Shown: in pieces, positions 25,303-28,946 of the stretch
How positions within the stretch are numbered: position 1 is the first letter of the stretch
How the letters are laid out: each line of letters begins with the position of its first letter
DNA from: Candidatus Hermodarchaeum yapensis
Lineage (GTDB): Archaea; Asgardarchaeota; Hermodarchaeia; Hermodarchaeales; Hermodarchaeaceae
Length of the DNA: 28,946 nucleotides
Direction: 5' to 3'
Assembly (NCBI GenBank): GCA_016840405.1
Contig: JAEOSK010000032.1
Coordinates: 1 to 28,946 of the forward strand
Position numbers and translations under genes: made by a program
The notes under the pieces: model-generated
What the model saw: the letters and a program-made list of their open reading frames with translations, nothing else
The model's database searches: none
What the model was told of the DNA's origin: nothing

Positions 25303-25614
25303 TTACGTGATTATTTTTTTGATTATGGACCCGCCGCCAATCGGGGGGAATATAGCCACAATATCTCCGTCAGTAAGTTTTGTTTTTAGACCTTGTTGGA
25401 GCCTAACGTGTCTTCCATTTACAAGGACATGAAAGTAGGATTTGAGAGTCCCATTGGGTTCAAGGAGCATTTTGGTTAATTTGTCGCCGAATTGCTTACC
25501 GAGTATGTCGATCACTTCTTGAACATCTGTAGCTTCGAGTTCGGTTTCTCTGGTTCCGGTAAGGGCGCGAAGACTAGTGAACATGCGAACGGTGACTTTG
25601 GGTTTTTTCGTCAT
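25303..25614 (-). CDS. moaD: MoaD/ThiS/SAMP ubiquitin-like sulfur carrier with a C-terminal extension
   Basis: VRMFTSLR..G, VLVNGR, L.DGD.VAIFPPIGGG followed by SIIKKIIT. Confidence 0.88.
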   Translation of the reverse strand: MTKKPKVTVRMFTSLRALTGTRETELEATDVQEVIDILGKQFGDKLTKMLLEPNGTLKSYFHVLVNGRHVRLQQGLKTKLTDGDIVAIFPPIGGGSIIKKIIT

Positions 25615-25629
25615 TTGTATCAATTCACC

Positions 25630-26817
25630 TTATCCGCTAGTTTCGAAAGAGAGGGCCCGATGGGGACAAATGCTCACACAAACCCCACAGCCGTAACACA
25701 ATTCTGAATTGACTTGGGCTTTTGTAGTCTTGGCATTAACTGCTATAGCTGAGTATATACAAGACTTGCTACAGAGCCCGCATCCCGAGCAAGCTTCTTC
25801 GTTTACTGTTGGTGGAAGACTTTCTATTCGAAGGGTTTCTGAGGGTAAGTGTTTGAGAGCGATCCCGTGAACATCTTCAGTAGATGTGTGACCGTGAGAG
25901 TCGAGAAATTCAGCGATTTCCGTGACGATTCGTCCATAAACGGATTGACCTTCGAGAATAGCGGCTGTGCACACTTGGACGGCACTGGCTCCGACCATGA
26001 AGAATTCGATGGCATCAGCACCAGTGCTCACACCACCGACTCCAATGACAGGTTTTGTAGTACCGCGAGCAATATCGGCAACGGCTCGAATGGCAAGTGG
26101 TTTGATGGCCGGTCCTGAAAGCCAACCGACGCCCCCGGGTCCACCGAGAAGTGGTCGACCTGTTTCGATATCGATATGGAGGCAGGGACCAAGGGTGTTG
26201 ATGGCAACAAACCCATCGACGTAGCGATCCACTGCTTTTGTGAAGACGGTTAAATCTTTGACATGGGGACTCATTTTCGCAAAAATCGGGATATCTACTG
26301 ATTCTTTCAGGGTTTTTGCTACATCGTTGAAGACTTTGGGGTCGGTTTCAATGTAGTGTGTACTGAATTCAATTCCGTCGACACCGGCTTTTTGTACGAG
26401 TGGAGCGAGTTTCTTTAGCTCATCGGGTGTGTATCCCATGGAAGCGATGAGCGCTAGCCCTGTTTCTTTTGCCCGGGGATATTCATAGTCCAGCCACTTC
26501 TGATAGTGTTTATCGCTCCATAATTCATGGTTTAGTAATCCGTAAGCGCCACGGACTTGAATCCGTTCGAGATGGACGATTTGGTGTTGCATTGCCGTAG
26601 CTAGTAACCACTGGCTCTTTCCACGATCAAGCGTTTGCATATTAGGACGGGGAACTTCTGCCGGTTTCACACTAATCGTCTTTGCCACTAATCCACCGAC
26701 ACCTCCTCTAGCGGCTTCAGCTAGCGTCTCCCCATCACGACTGGTTGGTCCAGCAGCGGTTAAGACAGGATTTTTGAGAGGAATTCCGGCGATGTCAACC
26801 GTCAAATCGATTGCCAT
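25630..26817 (-). CDS. Dihydroorotate/dihydropyrimidine dehydrogenase (PreA)-like FMN protein with C-terminal 2x[4Fe-4S]
   Basis: LKNP..AAGP, AKTI, KMSP, INT, SGPAIKP, GVGGV, VQVCTA; CSGCGLC..C and CYGCGVC..CP. The canonical N-x-x-C-P loop is absent. Confidence 0.8.
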   Translation of the reverse strand: MAIDLTVDIAGIPLKNPVLTAAGPTSRDGETLAEAARGGVGGLVAKTISVKPAEVPRPNMQTLDRGKSQWLLATAMQHQIVHLERIQVRGAYGLLNHELWSDKHYQKWLDYEYPRAKETGLALIASMGYTPDELKKLAPLVQKAGVDGIEFSTHYIETDPKVFNDVAKTLKESVDIPIFAKMSPHVKDLTVFTKAVDRYVDGFVAINTLGPCLHIDIETGRPLLGGPGGVGWLSGPAIKPLAIRAVADIARGTTKPVIGVGGVSTGADAIEFFMVGASAVQVCTAAILEGQSVYGRIVTEIAEFLDSHGHTSTEDVHGIALKHLPSETLRIESLPPTVNEEACSGCGLCSKSCIYSAIAVNAKTTKAQVNSELCYGCGVCVSICPHRALSFETSG

Positions 26818-28754
26818 TATTTTTCAACCACCTTTCCCATTTTTGCTAACTCATCTGCTACATCCGCTAATCCAACACGCTTTAACGCAGATCGTGTTGG
26901 AAGTCCATCGCGGGTCCAGTTTCGCACGTCGTAGTATTCATCGAGCATTGGATCCAAATCACAGACTTGCCCTTTAGCAGGTCCTTCTGGAATCGGTTCT
27001 TCGGTGAACCGAGGATGTAGCTGTTCTTTTTCACGTGTAACTCCTTCACGCACATTGAATGCGCGACGAAGGTTGCTAATCCGTTCTGCAACTAATCGTA
27101 GCTGTTTCAAATCACCGAACTCTTTGAACCCCGTAAGAGGTTCAAGCATTTCTGCCATGATATCAAAGTAATAGACCGGCGGCCACATGGTGCCATATTT
27201 ACACAGGATAACGCTGTCCACTAATACGTAGAGGTCTTCTTGATCTTTAATCAGATGCCCTTTGAAAGTTGTACTGTGTAAATCCATGACTTCAGAGGCA
27301 TGTTGTTCGCCAAATCGTTCAATTGCAACATCCGGGAACCCGAGTTCCTCATAGCAACTTAGACTCCGGAGATGATCTGCTCCTCGTACATTAGTTGCAT
27401 AAGTTAGTCCAACACTTTGTTGAGGTCTCGGATCCTGACCTGAGGCTTCCATGCCTTTGACATGAATAGCATACCGTTCAGCACCCTTTCCGATTTTTTG
27501 TGCGGCGCGTAGAGAGCCTTCCGCCAGTAGATCACCGATTCCTTCCCGGTGTGCGATTTTTTCAGTAAGGGCAACAATTGTCTTTTCATTCCCCCATGAA
27601 AGATCGAGCCCATCAGCTTCCTTGGAGGAGATGAGACCGTGTTCTGCGGCTTCAAAAAGGAAAGCAATTGTGCAACCGGTACTGATTGTATCTAAACCAT
27701 AATTGTTACAAAGTTGGTTCAAGTAAAGAATGGATTCGATGTTACTATTGAGACAGTTACTACCAAAAGCCATAAGCGTCTCATATTCAGGACCTCCCGT
27801 AATGACCTGGTATGGTCCTGATTTGACTTCTGAAGTGAATTTACATTGAAGCGCACACCCAAAACAGGCTTCTCTACTCGTGCGATATTTTTGGCGAATG
27901 GTTTCAGGTCCAATGGCATCAGCGTCGACAAATACACCGGTTGTGTGGTTCTTAGTGGGTAAACGCCCAATCTCACCAATTGCCGTGACTAGATTCGTCG
28001 TACCATATTTGCCAAGAGATTCCTCGTTCATTTCACCCCATTTTCCAGTGGTCATTTGTTCGTAGCCTTTACGAGCGGCAGCCATGAACTTGCCAGGATT
28101 GGCGACTTTTACTCCTCCAAATCCTCGGACAGCAACTGCTTTGAGGTTTTTTGTGCCCATTACTGCCCCTGCGCCACCACGACCTGCAGCGCGATAGTAC
28201 GAACCAATAATCGCTGCATAACGCACTCTTTTTTCTCCAGCTATTCCAATAGTCGCAACTTCGATGTCGTTATCCCCATTTTCTTCCCGAATTATATCGG
28301 TAGTTTCCATTGTGTCCCGCGTCCAAAGATGTTCAGCATCTCGGATGGAAACGTCACCGTCGCGAATCATTAAATAGACTGGTTTGGGAGCTCGCCCTTG
28401 AATAACTACCATATCGAATCCTGCGTACTTGAGTTGCGGTCCCCAATGACCTCCACAGTGAGCTTCTCCCCATAATCCAGTGAGAGGAGATTTATAGGCG
28501 ACCATAAAGCGTCCAGACGGTGAGAAGAAAGCCCCTGTAACGGGTCCTACTCCGAATATGAGAGGATTTTCGGGGTCAAACGGATCAGTGTCAGGTTTAA
28601 CCCGGTCCCAAAGAATTCGAGCTGCAAACCCAGTTCCACCCAGATATTGTCGAGCGAAATCAAGGTCTAAGGGTTTAATGTCCACCTTTGATTTGGTCAA
28701 GTCAACATCAGCGATGTGACCTGCATAACCATAGTAAGTGTCTTCTTTACTCAT
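26817..28754 (-). CDS. aor: Tungsten-dependent aldehyde:ferredoxin oxidoreductase family protein
   Basis: YLGG.G, KSPLTG, GRGGAGAVMGTKNLKA, CFGCALQC, GPEYET, GLDTIS, LLAEG, RGADH, EYYDVRNW. Confidence 0.94.
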   Translation of the reverse strand: MSKEDTYYGYAGHIADVDLTKSKVDIKPLDLDFARQYLGGTGFAARILWDRVKPDTDPFDPENPLIFGVGPVTGAFFSPSGRFMVAYKSPLTGLWGEAHCGGHWGPQLKYAGFDMVVIQGRAPKPVYLMIRDGDVSIRDAEHLWTRDTMETTDIIREENGDNDIEVATIGIAGEKRVRYAAIIGSYYRAAGRGGAGAVMGTKNLKAVAVRGFGGVKVANPGKFMAAARKGYEQMTTGKWGEMNEESLGKYGTTNLVTAIGEIGRLPTKNHTTGVFVDADAIGPETIRQKYRTSREACFGCALQCKFTSEVKSGPYQVITGGPEYETLMAFGSNCLNSNIESILYLNQLCNNYGLDTISTGCTIAFLFEAAEHGLISSKEADGLDLSWGNEKTIVALTEKIAHREGIGDLLAEGSLRAAQKIGKGAERYAIHVKGMEASGQDPRPQQSVGLTYATNVRGADHLRSLSCYEELGFPDVAIERFGEQHASEVMDLHSTTFKGHLIKDQEDLYVLVDSVILCKYGTMWPPVYYFDIMAEMLEPLTGFKEFGDLKQLRLVAERISNLRRAFNVREGVTREKEQLHPRFTEEPIPEGPAKGQVCDLDPMLDEYYDVRNWTRDGLPTRSALKRVGLADVADELAKMGKVVEK

Positions 28755-28945
28755 TTCTTTGCACCTCCCGAGATCATATGAAGGAACTCTGCGGCTTTTT
28801 TCACACCTTTTTCTCTTAGCCGTTTTGTTAGGTTACTGGGCGTGATATACAACAAAGCCTCACGTGGACAAAATTGAGCGCACATAGCATAGCCTTCGCA
28901 CAAATCACATTTAACGGTACGACCGACTGTAGGATCAATGTGAAT
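28751..28945 (-). CDS. 4Fe-4S dicluster (polyferredoxin) subunit, C-terminal fragment
   Basis: Hand translation ...KCDLCEGYAMCAQFCPREAL...GGAKK*; its TGA overlaps the aor ATG (ATGA); the start lies outside the window. Confidence 0.85.
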   Translation of the reverse strand: MHIDPTVGRTVKCDLCEGYAMCAQFCPREALLYITPSNLTKRLREKGVKKAAEFLHMISGGAKK

Positions 28946-28946
28946 T

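Noticed and set aside
1-28946. CRISPR arrays, IS elements, integrases, defence systems, inteins
   Set aside because: No regularly spaced repeats, transposase or integrase motifs, or unexplained large insertions were seen.

Overview
Core-chromosome segment of an archaeon, most likely an Asgard archaeon (inferred from a longin-domain protein, four roadblock/LC7 proteins, two small GTPases, S30e and TFE-beta). Gene order: partial cdc6/orc1, a small Zn-ribbon protein, glmS, elp3, rps30e, an information-processing cluster (nop5, fibrillarin, DUF61, HTH regulator, trm1, rlmE, TFE-beta, tfb, gar1, srp19, rps8e) with hypA and hypE interleaved, a longin protein, smc-scpA-scpB, a roadblock/MglA GTPase cluster, GGGP synthase, and the distal part of a tungsten-AOR operon (FeS subunit, aor, DHOD/PreA-like flavoprotein, MoaD-like). 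No mobile elements, CRISPR, tRNA or rRNA were recognised. The main unexplained signals are: (i) three GC-rich, structured intergenic elements with TATA-like boxes that look like unannotated ncRNA genes, two of which share a sequence and structure motif (AGUUUC...CGAA..CAGUCC..AAAGCCCUUC); (ii) a tfb gene with no usable canonical start codon that appears to begin at ACG; (iii) a small GTPase with Leu in place of the catalytic Gln, fused to a putative winged helix; (iv) a DHOD-like enzyme lacking the catalytic Cys, and a MoaD with a C-terminal extension. All family assignments and RNA folds were made by eye, without database searches or folding software.
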